Part shown: in pieces, positions 1-8,442 of the stretch | Layout: every line of letters begins with the position of its first letter | How positions within the stretch are numbered: position 1 is the stretch's first letter | Assembly (NCBI GenBank): GCA_015228815.1 | Contig: JADGCV010000006.1 | Location: forward strand, 1,723 to 65,722 | From: Magnetococcales bacterium | Lineage (GTDB): Bacteria > Pseudomonadota > Magnetococcia > Magnetococcales > UBA8363 | Direction of reading: 5' to 3' | DNA: 64,000 nt | The notes under the pieces: generated by a model | What the model was told of the DNA's origin: nothing | Database searches by the model: none | Seen by the model: the letters and a program-made list of their open reading frames with translations, nothing else | Position numbers and translations under genes: made by a program

Positions 1-60
1 TCCGCCGGAATCTCGAAGAATCACGCCTCGGCCTGGGCCATCATCCCGGCGCCCCTGGAT

Positions 61-1368
61 TCACTTCACGAACGATACATCCAGAAGATGTACCGCGCAG
101 GAAATGCACGGATCATAGGCCCGCAGGAGCATTTCCATGTTTAATGTCAGTTCTTTTTCCGACATGAGGGGCAACATTCGCGGCACGAAGGCTTTCATGT
201 CCTGTTCGATGTTGTTGACATTCTGGCTGGTGGGGATGATCGCGTTGGCATCGCAACACCGGCCATCCCGGTCGAAGGTGTATTCGTGGAAAAGAATGCC
301 CCGGGGAACCTCGACGGCGCCGGCGCCCTGCCCCTCCCGCGGTTGATGATCGATCGGTTCCTCGCGCAGGCCGTTTTCCAGAAGGGTGGTCATCATCGCG
401 AGGCTGTCGTGGGCGCAGTGGATGATCTCGACCACCTGGGCGCAATTGTTCATGTAGGGATTGAAGCAGGGGACACGGAGACCCAGATCATGGGCGACTT
501 GCCGCGCTTCCGGTCCGAGTTGTGCAAAATTGTTGTTGACCCGCGCCAGGGCGCCGACGGCGTAGGAATCGCGGTGCCAGCGGGACCAGCGGCTGGTCGA
601 ATGGGGGACGGTGAATTCGTTGGTCACCTGGCGGTAGTCGGCGACCGGGACCGTGGCGCGGGTATCGGAACTGTAGATTTCGCCATCGTACAGGGCATAT
701 TCGTCGGGATGCTTGAGCGAAACGAATTCGGTTTCCCGTTCGAAGGGGGGTATGTTCAACGTTTTGACGATGGCAACGGTTTCGTGAAGATCGGGAAGGG
801 CGTCCTGGAGCCGTTGCCGGAGCTGGGCGATGGCTTCCTGGTCGGGAAGCCTGCGCCATCCCTTGAGGGTGTTCGCCATGGGATGAAGGGTTCGCCCTCC
901 CAGGACGGCGGTATAGTCGTTGGCGAGCTTTTTCAGGCGCAGGGCCCGTTTGACGACCTCGGGGTGGGTCTTGACCAGAGGGAGAACGCTGGGGGCGCCG
1001 ACGAAATCGGGAATCGCCAGAAAGTAGACGTGCAGGATATGGCTTTGCAGAAACTGGGATTGGTTGAGCATCTTGCGCAGCAGGACGGTCTGTGGCGAAA
1101 CCTCGATCCCCTGGGACGCCTCGACCGCCTTGGTGGCGGCCAGTTGGTGGCCGACACAGCAGATGCCGCAAATCCGTCCCACGATCCAGGGGATTTCATC
1201 GGGCCGCATGCCGCGGGTGAAACTTTCGAAAAAGCGGTTGGCCTCGACGATGGACAGTTTGACCTCTTCCACCACCCCTTCGCGGACGTTGATGCGAATG
1301 CTGCCGTGTCCTTCGACACGGGTGACGTGGTGAATGTCGATATTGCAGTCGAGGGTGGCGAGGGTCAT
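61..1368 (-). CDS. hyhL: [NiFe]-hydrogenase large (alpha) subunit, cytosolic group 3b (sulfhydrogenase / NAD(P)-coupled type)
   Basis: ORF 61..1383(-). It has the N-terminal Ni-binding motif RICGICCVGH and the C-terminal DPCISCAVH followed by a short tail, as in protease-processed large subunits. The tracked start at 1383 is TTG; the ATG at 1368 overlaps the upstream stop (ATGA), so 1368 is preferred. Confidence 0.9.
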   Translation of the reverse strand: MTLATLDCNIDIHHVTRVEGHGSIRINVREGVVEEVKLSIVEANRFFESFTRGMRPDEIPWIVGRICGICCVGHQLAATKAVEASQGIEVSPQTVLLRKMLNQSQFLQSHILHVYFLAIPDFVGAPSVLPLVKTHPEVVKRALRLKKLANDYTAVLGGRTLHPMANTLKGWRRLPDQEAIAQLRQRLQDALPDLHETVAIVKTLNIPPFERETEFVSLKHPDEYALYDGEIYSSDTRATVPVADYRQVTNEFTVPHSTSRWSRWHRDSYAVGALARVNNNFAQLGPEARQVAHDLGLRVPCFNPYMNNCAQVVEIIHCAHDSLAMMTTLLENGLREEPIDHQPREGQGAGAVEVPRGILFHEYTFDRDGRCCDANAIIPTSQNVNNIEQDMKAFVPRMLPLMSEKELTLNMEMLLRAYDPCISCAVHLLDVSFVK

Positions 1369-2147
1369 CGTGATTTCTCCCAAAATGGCGTCTGGGTGCC
1401 ACCGAAAAGGTGGTATCGGTGTTGGATGTCGGTGTCGGAGAGCCCTTTTTCTCGAAGCAGGGCGCGATGGGCTTCAAGGTTGGCATGCGGCAGAAGACCG
1501 CGGCATCCGTCGCAACGATAGCCCTGGGTAATGCACAGGGCATGGCATCCGCCCCAGGTGATCTGCCCCATGCAGGTGTCGCCGCGATCGAAAACACATT
1601 CGTTTTCGTTCATCTTGCATTCGACGCAGACGGCGTTGGCGGGAACGTGGGGGATCGTCCCCTGAAGGAGCGATTGGACAAGTGCCAAAAATTCATCCGC
1701 CACCATCGGACAGCCGCGCAGTTGAAAATCGACCGTGACGATTTCTCCGACCGGACGCACCCGGGTATGGGACCACAGGGGCCAGAATTCCGGATCGGTC
1801 TGAACGCGGTTGCGGTCCGTTTCGCCGTAGACGCGGCGATAGTTTTCCGCCGGAGCGATCCGATTGGCGCGGGCCTGGACATTGCCGTTGCAGGCGCAGG
1901 CCCCCATGGCGACCAGAAAAGTGCTTCTGGCACGGATGTCTTGCAGGCGCAGAAGATCCTGTTCGCGGTTGATGCTCCCTTCGATGAAGGCGATGTCGTA
2001 GCGCGGGGCGGTTTCCGAAAGCGCTTCGCGGAATTCGACGAGTTCGACCTGGGTCAGAAGGTCCAGAAGAATTTCCTCGCAGTTGAGGAGGGCGAGTTGG
2101 CACCCTTCGCAGCTGGCAAAATCGAAAAAGGCGACTTTCGGTTTCAT
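1365..2147 (-). CDS. hyhS: [NiFe]-hydrogenase small (delta) subunit, group 3b
   Basis: This is the in-frame part of ORF 1365..2645(-), starting at MKPKVAFFDFASCEGCQLALLN (ATG confirmed at 2147). It has Cys-rich FeS ligand patterns. The Arg/Pro-rich N-terminal extension of the tracked ORF looks non-coding. The start overlaps the stop of the gamma gene. Confidence 0.85.
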   Translation of the reverse strand: MKPKVAFFDFASCEGCQLALLNCEEILLDLLTQVELVEFREALSETAPRYDIAFIEGSINREQDLLRLQDIRARSTFLVAMGACACNGNVQARANRIAPAENYRRVYGETDRNRVQTDPEFWPLWSHTRVRPVGEIVTVDFQLRGCPMVADEFLALVQSLLQGTIPHVPANAVCVECKMNENECVFDRGDTCMGQITWGGCHALCITQGYRCDGCRGLLPHANLEAHRALLREKGLSDTDIQHRYHLFGGTQTPFWEKSR

Positions 2148-3010
2148 TGCAGGGCCTCCTGAAGGGTGCCGATGCGGTCGAAGCGGAAGACCGGACCTTC
2201 CTGACAGCAGCAGACCCGATTGATCTGGCAATGACCGCAACGACCGACGCCGCATTTCATGCGCCGTTCCAGATCGACGTAGATGCGGTGGAGGGGCAGA
2301 CCGCGGGCGACGAGTTCCATGATGACAAACTTGTACATGACCGGAGGGCCGCACAAAGCGACGATGGTGCGTTGTGGATCGAGGGGCAAGGTGGCAATGG
2401 GGGCGGTGACGAGGCCTACCTGACCATTCCAGGGAAGGTTGGCGGTTTGATCGACAAGGCGGATGACCGATACAGGGCGTGCGGATCCGGAGGCGGCCCA
2501 GGCTTCCAGTTCCTCGCGATAGAGTTCGTCGGCAGGGGTGCGGCAGCCGCTGATGATGGTGATGGAACCGTAATGGTCGGGTTGGGCGATCAGGGGCAGG
2601 ATCAGGGAACGCAGCGGAACCAGGCCAAGACCGCCGACAATGCACAGGACATCCTGGCCGCGAAAGGTTTCAAGATCGAAGCCGGAGCCGAATGGACCGC
2701 GAATGCCGACCTGATCCCCCGGTTTGAGCCGGTGCAGGACCCGGGTGAGGCGGCCTGTCTCGCGGATGACCATTTCGAGGAAGTTGTCGTCGCCTGGGCC
2801 GGAGGAAATGGAAATGGGCGCCTCGCCGATTCCCAGGCGGGAGAGCATGACAAACTGTCCGGGTCGATGACCCAGAGGTTTGGGCAGTTGGACCTTGAAA
2901 TAGTTTTCCCGCGCCGTCATCCGACGGATTTCGAGGATTCTGGCCATCCTGGGGATATGGGGTTCCCAGTCGTGATCCTGGAGGGGGCGATCCGGCGATA
3001 CCGTGTTCAT
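2144..3010 (-). CDS. hyhG: Hydrogenase gamma subunit (FAD/NAD(P)-binding oxidoreductase with C-terminal 2Fe-2S)
   Basis: MNTVSPDRPL start (ATG confirmed at 3010, ATGA overlap with the beta gene stop). RPGQFVML flavin-binding-type strand, GGLGLVP nucleotide-binding loop, and C-terminal CGVGRCGHCQ cluster motif. Confidence 0.85.
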   Translation of the reverse strand: MNTVSPDRPLQDHDWEPHIPRMARILEIRRMTARENYFKVQLPKPLGHRPGQFVMLSRLGIGEAPISISSGPGDDNFLEMVIRETGRLTRVLHRLKPGDQVGIRGPFGSGFDLETFRGQDVLCIVGGLGLVPLRSLILPLIAQPDHYGSITIISGCRTPADELYREELEAWAASGSARPVSVIRLVDQTANLPWNGQVGLVTAPIATLPLDPQRTIVALCGPPVMYKFVIMELVARGLPLHRIYVDLERRMKCGVGRCGHCQINRVCCCQEGPVFRFDRIGTLQEALQ

Positions 3011-4059
3011 GAGCGGGTCTCCTCCGGTTGGGCAAGATCCAGAATGATGGAGAAGATGTCGATGTTGGCGGTACACTGGCGACCGCAGCGACCGCAGCCG
3101 ACACAAAAAGAATGGTCCCCAAACCGCCGGGGCAGGTAATCAAACTTTCGTTCGACCCGATGGCGCTGGCGGCCTGCCGGAAGGGGGCGAAAATTGTGGC
3201 CTCCGGCGACTTCGGCAAATCGGGGGAGCATGCAGGCATCCCAGGTTCGAACACGTTGACCGTATTGTGGATTTGTCAGGCCGGATTCATCACGGGTATC
3301 GAAGCAGTAGCAGGTGGGGCAGACCAGGTTGCAACTGCCGCAGGAAAAACAGCGTTGCACATGGCGTTCCCATATGGGGGATGACCATTGGGCGGCGATG
3401 GTGGCGGCAAGGTGTTCCATCGGTCGAGGAAATTGCCGTCCAAAGGGTTTGGGACGCGCCGCTTCGGCCTGTATCCTGTGCGGTCGGGCATCGGGACAGG
3501 GGTGAAAAGATTCGCCATCGATCAGGGACGCTCCCGCCTCGGACTGGACCTCCACCAGAAAAGAATCGCCGATGGGCGTGAGGAAAAGATCGGCGTTGCC
3601 ACGCCAATTCAGAGAACCGACCGCCTCGCAGAAACACCGTTCATCGCAGGGGTGCGGACAGGCAATGGCGATGAGGGTGGTTGGGTCTCTTCGGGCACGG
3701 TAGTGGGGGTCTTCCGGGGGATGACGATGAACCCGATCCATCAGGTCGATCGCCTTGAGATCGCAGGGGCGAACGCCGGCCAGGATTCTCGAAGTCGGGT
3801 CCACGACCGGTTCGATGACGGGTTCACCCGCATCGTCGGGATGGAAACGGAAAAGGGTTTCCACGGCGGGCAACAGTTTTTTTCCGGGGGGGACGATGGT
3901 GGGGTGGTAGTCTTCGAATGACAGTTCCGAGCGTTCGTGAACCGCCAGGAAACGCCAGCCCGAACGTCCGGCCCGTTGTGGAAAAAACACCGGTTTCCTT
4001 CGCGCCAGCCCCCGGAGCCAATGGGGTGCGGCCTCTTTGTGGAGCCAAAAAGCGTCCAT
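3007..4059 (-). CDS. hyhB: Hydrogenase beta subunit (4Fe-4S, AsrA-like)
   Basis: MDAFWLHKE start (ATG confirmed at 4059). Ferredoxin-type motifs CFSCGSCNLVCPTCYC and CVGCGRCGRQC. It is the first gene of the beta-gamma-delta-alpha order typical of group 3b operons. Confidence 0.8.
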   Translation of the reverse strand: MDAFWLHKEAAPHWLRGLARRKPVFFPQRAGRSGWRFLAVHERSELSFEDYHPTIVPPGKKLLPAVETLFRFHPDDAGEPVIEPVVDPTSRILAGVRPCDLKAIDLMDRVHRHPPEDPHYRARRDPTTLIAIACPHPCDERCFCEAVGSLNWRGNADLFLTPIGDSFLVEVQSEAGASLIDGESFHPCPDARPHRIQAEAARPKPFGRQFPRPMEHLAATIAAQWSSPIWERHVQRCFSCGSCNLVCPTCYCFDTRDESGLTNPQYGQRVRTWDACMLPRFAEVAGGHNFRPLPAGRQRHRVERKFDYLPRRFGDHSFCVGCGRCGRQCTANIDIFSIILDLAQPEETRS

Positions 4060-4242
4060 CGCGCCACCTTTCCGATCGGTGTGTGGGAAGCGCCGGAAGT
4101 CGATGGCGCCACAACCGCGCAATCGACGATTCCCGAAGGCTGTCCCTCCTTGTTTACCGTTATCAGCATATCATTGCATGTGGCGTAGATTAAGAAATTT
4201 CTCCTTTCTCATGAATTTTACCGTGAAAAATCTCGCCCTGAC

Positions 4243-4367
4243 GTAACCGTTCAGACCCCGTCTTCTCAAGCCAAAAGCGGAAATCCAGGATTTGCCGAGC
4301 CTCCCTGGATCCCCGCTTTCGCTTAGGATGACGTTTGTCAAAAAAAAGGGGGGGGGTAAACGGTTAC
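4243..4367. repeat. Nested inverted-repeat element in a divergent intergenic region
   Basis: Outer 9-bp inverted repeat GTAACCGTT (4243-4251) / AACGGTTAC (4359-4367). It encloses a two-tier hairpin: AAAGCGG 4274-4280 pairs with CCGCTTT 4313-4319, and ATCCAGG 4283-4289 pairs with CCTGGAT 4304-4310. It also encloses an A8G9 homopolymer junction (4340-4356). Confidence 0.5.
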
Positions 4368-4396
4368 ACTGATCCGGGCATTTGATGCCGCAGGGC

Positions 4397-4426
4397 TTGA
4401 CTGATGACATCTTGGTAGATTATTAT
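4397..4426 (+). promoter_or_regulatory. Putative sigma70-type promoter for the 4495-8302 operon
   Basis: TTGACT at 4397-4402, an 18-nt spacer, then TATTAT at 4421-4426. It lies about 70 bp upstream of the ATG at 4495. The -10 element is the first 6 nt of the palindrome's left arm. Confidence 0.35.
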
Positions 4427-4464
4427 GCGCCATGCATGCCTTTAGGCATGCATGGCGCATAATA
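4421..4464. repeat. 44-bp perfect palindrome (20-bp arms, 4-nt centre), candidate operator or 5' leader hairpin
   Basis: TATTATGCGCCATGCATGCC (4421-4440), TTTA, GGCATGCATGGCGCATAATA (4445-4464). The arms are exact reverse complements, checked base by base. Confidence 0.9.
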
Positions 4465-4494
4465 TCCTGATCAAAATGGAAATGGCACGGACCG

Positions 4495-5298
4495 ATGGAA
4501 TCCTCCCATTCTGTTGAACAAACGGCAGACCCGTTCATGCCCCTGGTAACCGTGGAACACAATCAGACGCTGTTCCACCTTGTCAATTCAAATGTGTGCT
4601 GGAACTCACATGCAAGTGAACATGCAACGGCCAGAAAAATCGAATACGAATGCGGGGAACATGGCGTAACGATACCAGGCTGCCGGTACTTCTACGCCGG
4701 ACATGGCCTTGATCGATATGGTGAAGTCGTCTTTGTCTATGAACCGCCGGATGAAATAAACCTATGTGGGTCGGCCAATCCTTTTGATACCGGAGCATTG
4801 TTCCTTGGCAGTATGGAACCTTTTGCCAAAAAGACCACCAAAAAAGATCGCTGCCAGTTCATTGATATGACCAAAATCGACATCTCCTCTTGGCGAAAAG
4901 AATTTGGCGTATTCATAAATCGGTGCTATGATGGCGATGTATTGTCTTATCTGAATGGGGCACGACCGAAAGAACCAGACGCATGGGGCAATCCCAATCT
5001 GCCTTCAAAAAATGCGGCCAACACTGAATTATGCGCATGGGTCTGGGAAATACGCATCGAAGAAAAACATCCCATCGAACAGGGACTGTTTGCCTGGAGC
5101 TGTCCCGTCGATCAACACCAATTCATCACACGCACGATCAACGACATGAAAGGAAACGTCAAACCACCAAAACGTGCTAAAAATCTTGGAACTTTCTCCA
5201 AAAAGTGGATCAGACCCGGTATCACGGAAACGCCCTGCGAAGCGATTCAGCAACGAATCATCCGTTTATTTTCGGAACGAAAGAAACCCTCTTCATGA
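4495..5298 (+). CDS. Hypothetical protein (267 aa), first gene of a three-gene operon
   Basis: This is the only long ORF in the interval, and it has markedly lower GC than its flanks. Its stop overlaps the next start (ATGA at 5295-5298). I recognise no family motif. It contains an RIEEKH (Rx4H) string of uncertain meaning. Confidence 0.6.
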   Translation: MESSHSVEQTADPFMPLVTVEHNQTLFHLVNSNVCWNSHASEHATARKIEYECGEHGVTIPGCRYFYAGHGLDRYGEVVFVYEPPDEINLCGSANPFDTGALFLGSMEPFAKKTTKKDRCQFIDMTKIDISSWRKEFGVFINRCYDGDVLSYLNGARPKEPDAWGNPNLPSKNAANTELCAWVWEIRIEEKHPIEQGLFAWSCPVDQHQFITRTINDMKGNVKPPKRAKNLGTFSKKWIRPGITETPCEAIQQRIIRLFSERKKPSS

Positions 5299-6260
5299 AC
5301 CCGTCGGACACATTTCCCGCCGTTGGCATTTTCAGTTCCGTAGAAACGCCCTGCGCACTCAAACGTGTGCTCCTTCGGTTATCGGACGATCCACTGAGGT
5401 TCGGCAGTCCTGCACCATCCACCGGTCGCGAACAGCGCTACGATCAGGATGAATTCACCATGATGCTCCAGGAAGGTCGGATCACGGCATTGGAAAATGA
5501 ATGTCCTGTACAGCGTCACGACATGGCTTTCTTCGCCCGGCCCTCGTTCCTGCTCACTTATGAAAAGGTTTGCGAAGAACCGTTCCCCTGGTCATCTTTC
5601 GATCCCATCGTGGTCAAGACACCGGTTGATCCCGAAGAGGAAAAACAAAATTTTCCAATAATCCTTCAAGATACAACGGAACGCTTGACAAAAGAGAACA
5701 AAGTTTTGGCAATACTGGGTTCACCGGAAACGCTGATTGCGCTTTTTGAAAGAGCCACGCAAAATATTTTGCATCACGGGCAACGAACCGGTTGTCGGTA
5801 TTTAAACCATGCCCAGGATTCCCAGGCATGGCTGGATGCTTTGGACCGCATGAAAGAGATTGGATGGCTGGCGACTTTTTGCAGCAACAGCAATGATCCC
5901 GACTTGTTGATCCAATCTTATCTCCTTGTCTGTCTTTCCTTCTACGAACGAGGCGCCTTGGATCTTATTGAAGACCTGTACGAAACCGGTCTTCATCCTT
6001 TCGCCCCGGAAATTTCCTATGATGAATTTTTTGATCGTGTCCGTCGGTTGAGAAAAAATTTGCATGCCATGCATGAAGATGGCATCTGTCGGTGCAAAGA
6101 GACCAGAACTGGTAGTAATATTATTATCTTTCCATCATCTTCACGGCCATCCTACGGAGATTTGCCTGCACACACCTCTGACCATCTATCTCGAACGAAT
6201 GGAACAATCCACAACCCAGGCAGATCAAAATCGGTCCGCATACATGAGCATCGTCCATGA
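5295..6260 (+). CDS. Hypothetical protein (about 321 aa), second gene of the operon
   Basis: This is the in-frame part of ORF 5205..6260, starting at MNPSDTFPAV (ATG 5295, overlapping the upstream stop). Its stop overlaps the next start (ATGA at 6257-6260). The central region looks helical; no recognisable motif. Confidence 0.55.
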   Translation: MNPSDTFPAVGIFSSVETPCALKRVLLRLSDDPLRFGSPAPSTGREQRYDQDEFTMMLQEGRITALENECPVQRHDMAFFARPSFLLTYEKVCEEPFPWSSFDPIVVKTPVDPEEEKQNFPIILQDTTERLTKENKVLAILGSPETLIALFERATQNILHHGQRTGCRYLNHAQDSQAWLDALDRMKEIGWLATFCSNSNDPDLLIQSYLLVCLSFYERGALDLIEDLYETGLHPFAPEISYDEFFDRVRRLRKNLHAMHEDGICRCKETRTGSNIIIFPSSSRPSYGDLPAHTSDHLSRTNGTIHNPGRSKSVRIHEHRP

Positions 6261-8302
6261 AATTCTACAGTTTTTTTTCTTTCAAGGGCGGCGTTGGCAG
6301 AACAGCCTTGATGGTCAACATTGGGGCTTACTGGGCCAATCGTGGCGAAACGGTGTTGATGATCGACATGGACCTGTCGGCACCGGGGTTATCCTATTCG
6401 CCACTTTTGGGTGATTATCTTCATGCAGAGGGTCGAGACAACGGTTTCAGTGATCTTTTGGCGGTCTATTATCGGGGGCGGAACAAAAATCCCAATGAAC
6501 TTCATTTCATGCCTCCTCACCTGTTAATGCAGGAAATTTATCCGCCGGACAAGAATGGAATGCCCTTGAAGGGTAAACTCTGGGAAAAGGGTGGTCGTCT
6601 TCTGACCATCAGGGCCGGAACCGCATATGTTCCGTATCCTGCGACCAATCCGGAACAACAAGAAAATCCGCGGAGACCAACCCATCAGAATCTCTCTGAC
6701 CACGCAGACAAGACAAAATCCCTGACCGTCATCAAGGACATTCCTCCCGAAGACGGTCGGGGCGAAGAAGAGACTTTGGAAGAATTTTCATTGCGTGCCC
6801 TGGCGTTTGCCATCAAGGATGACCTGAACTCATGGAATGGAAACGGTCGTTCCATCGATCGGGTGCTGATCGATTGCCGTACCGGTTTGCCTGAACTTCT
6901 GGAATTGAGTCTCGGTTATCTTTCCTCGCGCATGGTCATGGTCGTCGGACTCAATGAACAAAACCGGGAAGGGATGCGTCAATTATTGACCGCCCTGCAA
7001 AAACGTATTCCCCTCGGAGAATTTCCGGGCGCCTTGCGGGTGGTCTTCTCGCCAGTGCCACGGACCGATGACGAGGACAACGTGATTGCGGCATTGGAGG
7101 AAAGCAGAACGCTGTTAAACTCCCTGATGCGCATCGACCCGCGCAACGATGAACGGGAAAGTCCACCCGAAGATTCTCTGTTGCACTATACCCCCCGGTT
7201 GGCGACCGGGGATGCCCCCCTGGTCACGACCCACCCGCACCTTCTTTATGTCAGCGAAGTACGCGAAGTTGCCAAATGGTTGGAAGGTACCTTCCGCACC
7301 GCCAGCGTCGTTGAAGGATTCAAAGACAGGTTGGAGGAAGCGGGAGCGTTTCTGAAGCCCGGGGGTTTGACCGGTGCGTCTGGTTCCCCGACAAACCGAC
7401 GTGCCAACCCGGCGGTCGGTCTTCCCCGCTGGTTTTGGCCCCTGCCCCGGGAAGTACAGGAACATACCGAACGCCGTACCAAAAAATGTAACGAATTGAT
7501 TACATTCAGTCCTGACATCAACGTGGACAAGGATGTGTTCCTGACCAAACTGTCCTGGTCGGTATCCCTTGATACCGTCGAAAAACAACGAGTTATTAAT
7601 ACGGCTAAATTGTTCTCCCAGGAACAGGTCGATAGACTGTTGGAACTTTACGATTGGGAACGCCAAAAGTTCGCCGCTCTGGCAGAAGATCAATGGGAAG
7701 TATTTTTGGCCACCTGCTGGTCCCGTCAAAAAGACTGGGCCGAAATTGTGGATGGCATCGCAGGAGTCAAACGGTTTCTTACCGCACCCCTCACGGGAGA
7801 ACACCTGCATCCTTCGTGGGAAATGTGGCCCGGATACTGGACCAACATTGCCGACGCACTGTCAAAGCAGGATCCTGTTCAAGCAGAGCGCGCTTATCAA
7901 CGTGCCATCGCTGCTGACCCAAACCATGCAAACAATCTTGGTAATTTCGCAAGTTTCTTGTTGACGAGGAAACGGCGGGAAGAAGGGCTGGAACGGTTGC
8001 GAACCGCGTTTGATCTGTCACCGCAGGAACATCAACTCCGGTTGGAGCTGTGCTACTATGCCATCGTCCATGCCCCGGATCGCTATCCGGAGGCGCTTTC
8101 GACCTTGAAACGATTGCTTCTTGACGGCGTTCGTTCACCCGGATGGGATTTATCGGGACATGTGGCCATCGCCCGCGAACAAAACGATCCCCGGACGGAA
8201 CTGCTGGCACAATTAGCTGCGGTCATCAGCGACGGCGCGGACCTGGCCTCACTGAATCATATTCCGCTTTGGCACGAAATCCACCCACGACCCAGCCCAT
8301 AA
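6257..8302 (+). CDS. ParA/MinD-superfamily ATPase with variant P-loop (KGGVGR) fused to C-terminal TPR repeats (681 aa)
   Basis: N-terminus FSFKGGVGRTALMVN is a deviant Walker A with Arg in place of the canonical GK[ST] Lys. DMDLSAPG (A'-like) and VLIDCRTG (Walker B-like) follow. The C-terminus has TPR-like strings AERAYQRAIAADPNHANNLGNFASFLL and EGLERLRTAFDLSP. Confidence 0.8.
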   Translation: MKFYSFFSFKGGVGRTALMVNIGAYWANRGETVLMIDMDLSAPGLSYSPLLGDYLHAEGRDNGFSDLLAVYYRGRNKNPNELHFMPPHLLMQEIYPPDKNGMPLKGKLWEKGGRLLTIRAGTAYVPYPATNPEQQENPRRPTHQNLSDHADKTKSLTVIKDIPPEDGRGEEETLEEFSLRALAFAIKDDLNSWNGNGRSIDRVLIDCRTGLPELLELSLGYLSSRMVMVVGLNEQNREGMRQLLTALQKRIPLGEFPGALRVVFSPVPRTDDEDNVIAALEESRTLLNSLMRIDPRNDERESPPEDSLLHYTPRLATGDAPLVTTHPHLLYVSEVREVAKWLEGTFRTASVVEGFKDRLEEAGAFLKPGGLTGASGSPTNRRANPAVGLPRWFWPLPREVQEHTERRTKKCNELITFSPDINVDKDVFLTKLSWSVSLDTVEKQRVINTAKLFSQEQVDRLLELYDWERQKFAALAEDQWEVFLATCWSRQKDWAEIVDGIAGVKRFLTAPLTGEHLHPSWEMWPGYWTNIADALSKQDPVQAERAYQRAIAADPNHANNLGNFASFLLTRKRREEGLERLRTAFDLSPQEHQLRLELCYYAIVHAPDRYPEALSTLKRLLLDGVRSPGWDLSGHVAIAREQNDPRTELLAQLAAVISDGADLASLNHIPLWHEIHPRPSP

Positions 8303-8384
8303 CCGGAGAAATCTGGCAAAAAACCCTGCCCAATCATCACGGCCACAGCATGATGCCCTTCGGGCAAAAAAGTCAAAGGCAAAG

Positions 8385-8410
8385 TCAAAAACATTGGGGG
8401 CTTCGCCCCC
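8385..8410 (-). terminator. Putative rho-independent terminator for the pilus operon
   Basis: GGGGGC-TTC-GCCCCC hairpin at 8396-8410. On the minus strand it is followed by AATGTTTTT. It lies downstream of the pilE stop (8504). Confidence 0.35.
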
Positions 8411-8421
8411 AAACCCCCACT

Positions 8422-8442
8422 GGGAAGGGGAAACCCCTTCCC
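8422..8442. repeat. Perfect 9-bp-stem hairpin between convergent operons
   Basis: GGGAAGGGG-AAA-CCCCTTCCC at 8422-8442. There is no adjacent T-run on either strand. Confidence 0.6.

Noticed and set aside
1-60. Possible 5' end of a hydrogenase maturation protease gene downstream of hyhL. The minus-strand frame reads IQGRRDDGPGRGVILRDSGG, which contains an R-x-DDG-x-G string like the endopeptidase N-terminal motif.
   Set aside because: That frame is the same as hyhL and starts immediately after its TGA, with no ATG/GTG/TTG before the motif. The residues that normally precede the motif (the GxGN strand) are missing. With only 60 nt available, I cannot support a gene call.
286-1521. Long antisense or out-of-frame ORFs opposite well-supported genes. 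Examples: 286..1521(+), 1410..2162(+), 2147..3139(+), 9534..12035(+), 14198..15211(+), 18004..20703(+), 20728..22227(+), 22934..24574(+), 26735..28267(-), 28323..30215(-), 40861..41637(-), 49701..51329(-), 53091..54796(-), 56549..57418(-), 61138..61959(-), 63173..63922(-).
   Set aside because: They are typical shadow ORFs of GC-rich coding DNA. Their translations are Arg/Gly/Pro/Asp-rich and low-complexity with no motifs, and each lies opposite a gene with strong family signatures.
4171-4410. A 79-aa minus-strand ORF across the A8G9 tract and nested repeats, and other 60-90-aa ORFs in 4037-4562.
   Set aside because: They lie in the intergenic regulatory region, read through homopolymer and palindromic sequence, and have no start context or motif.
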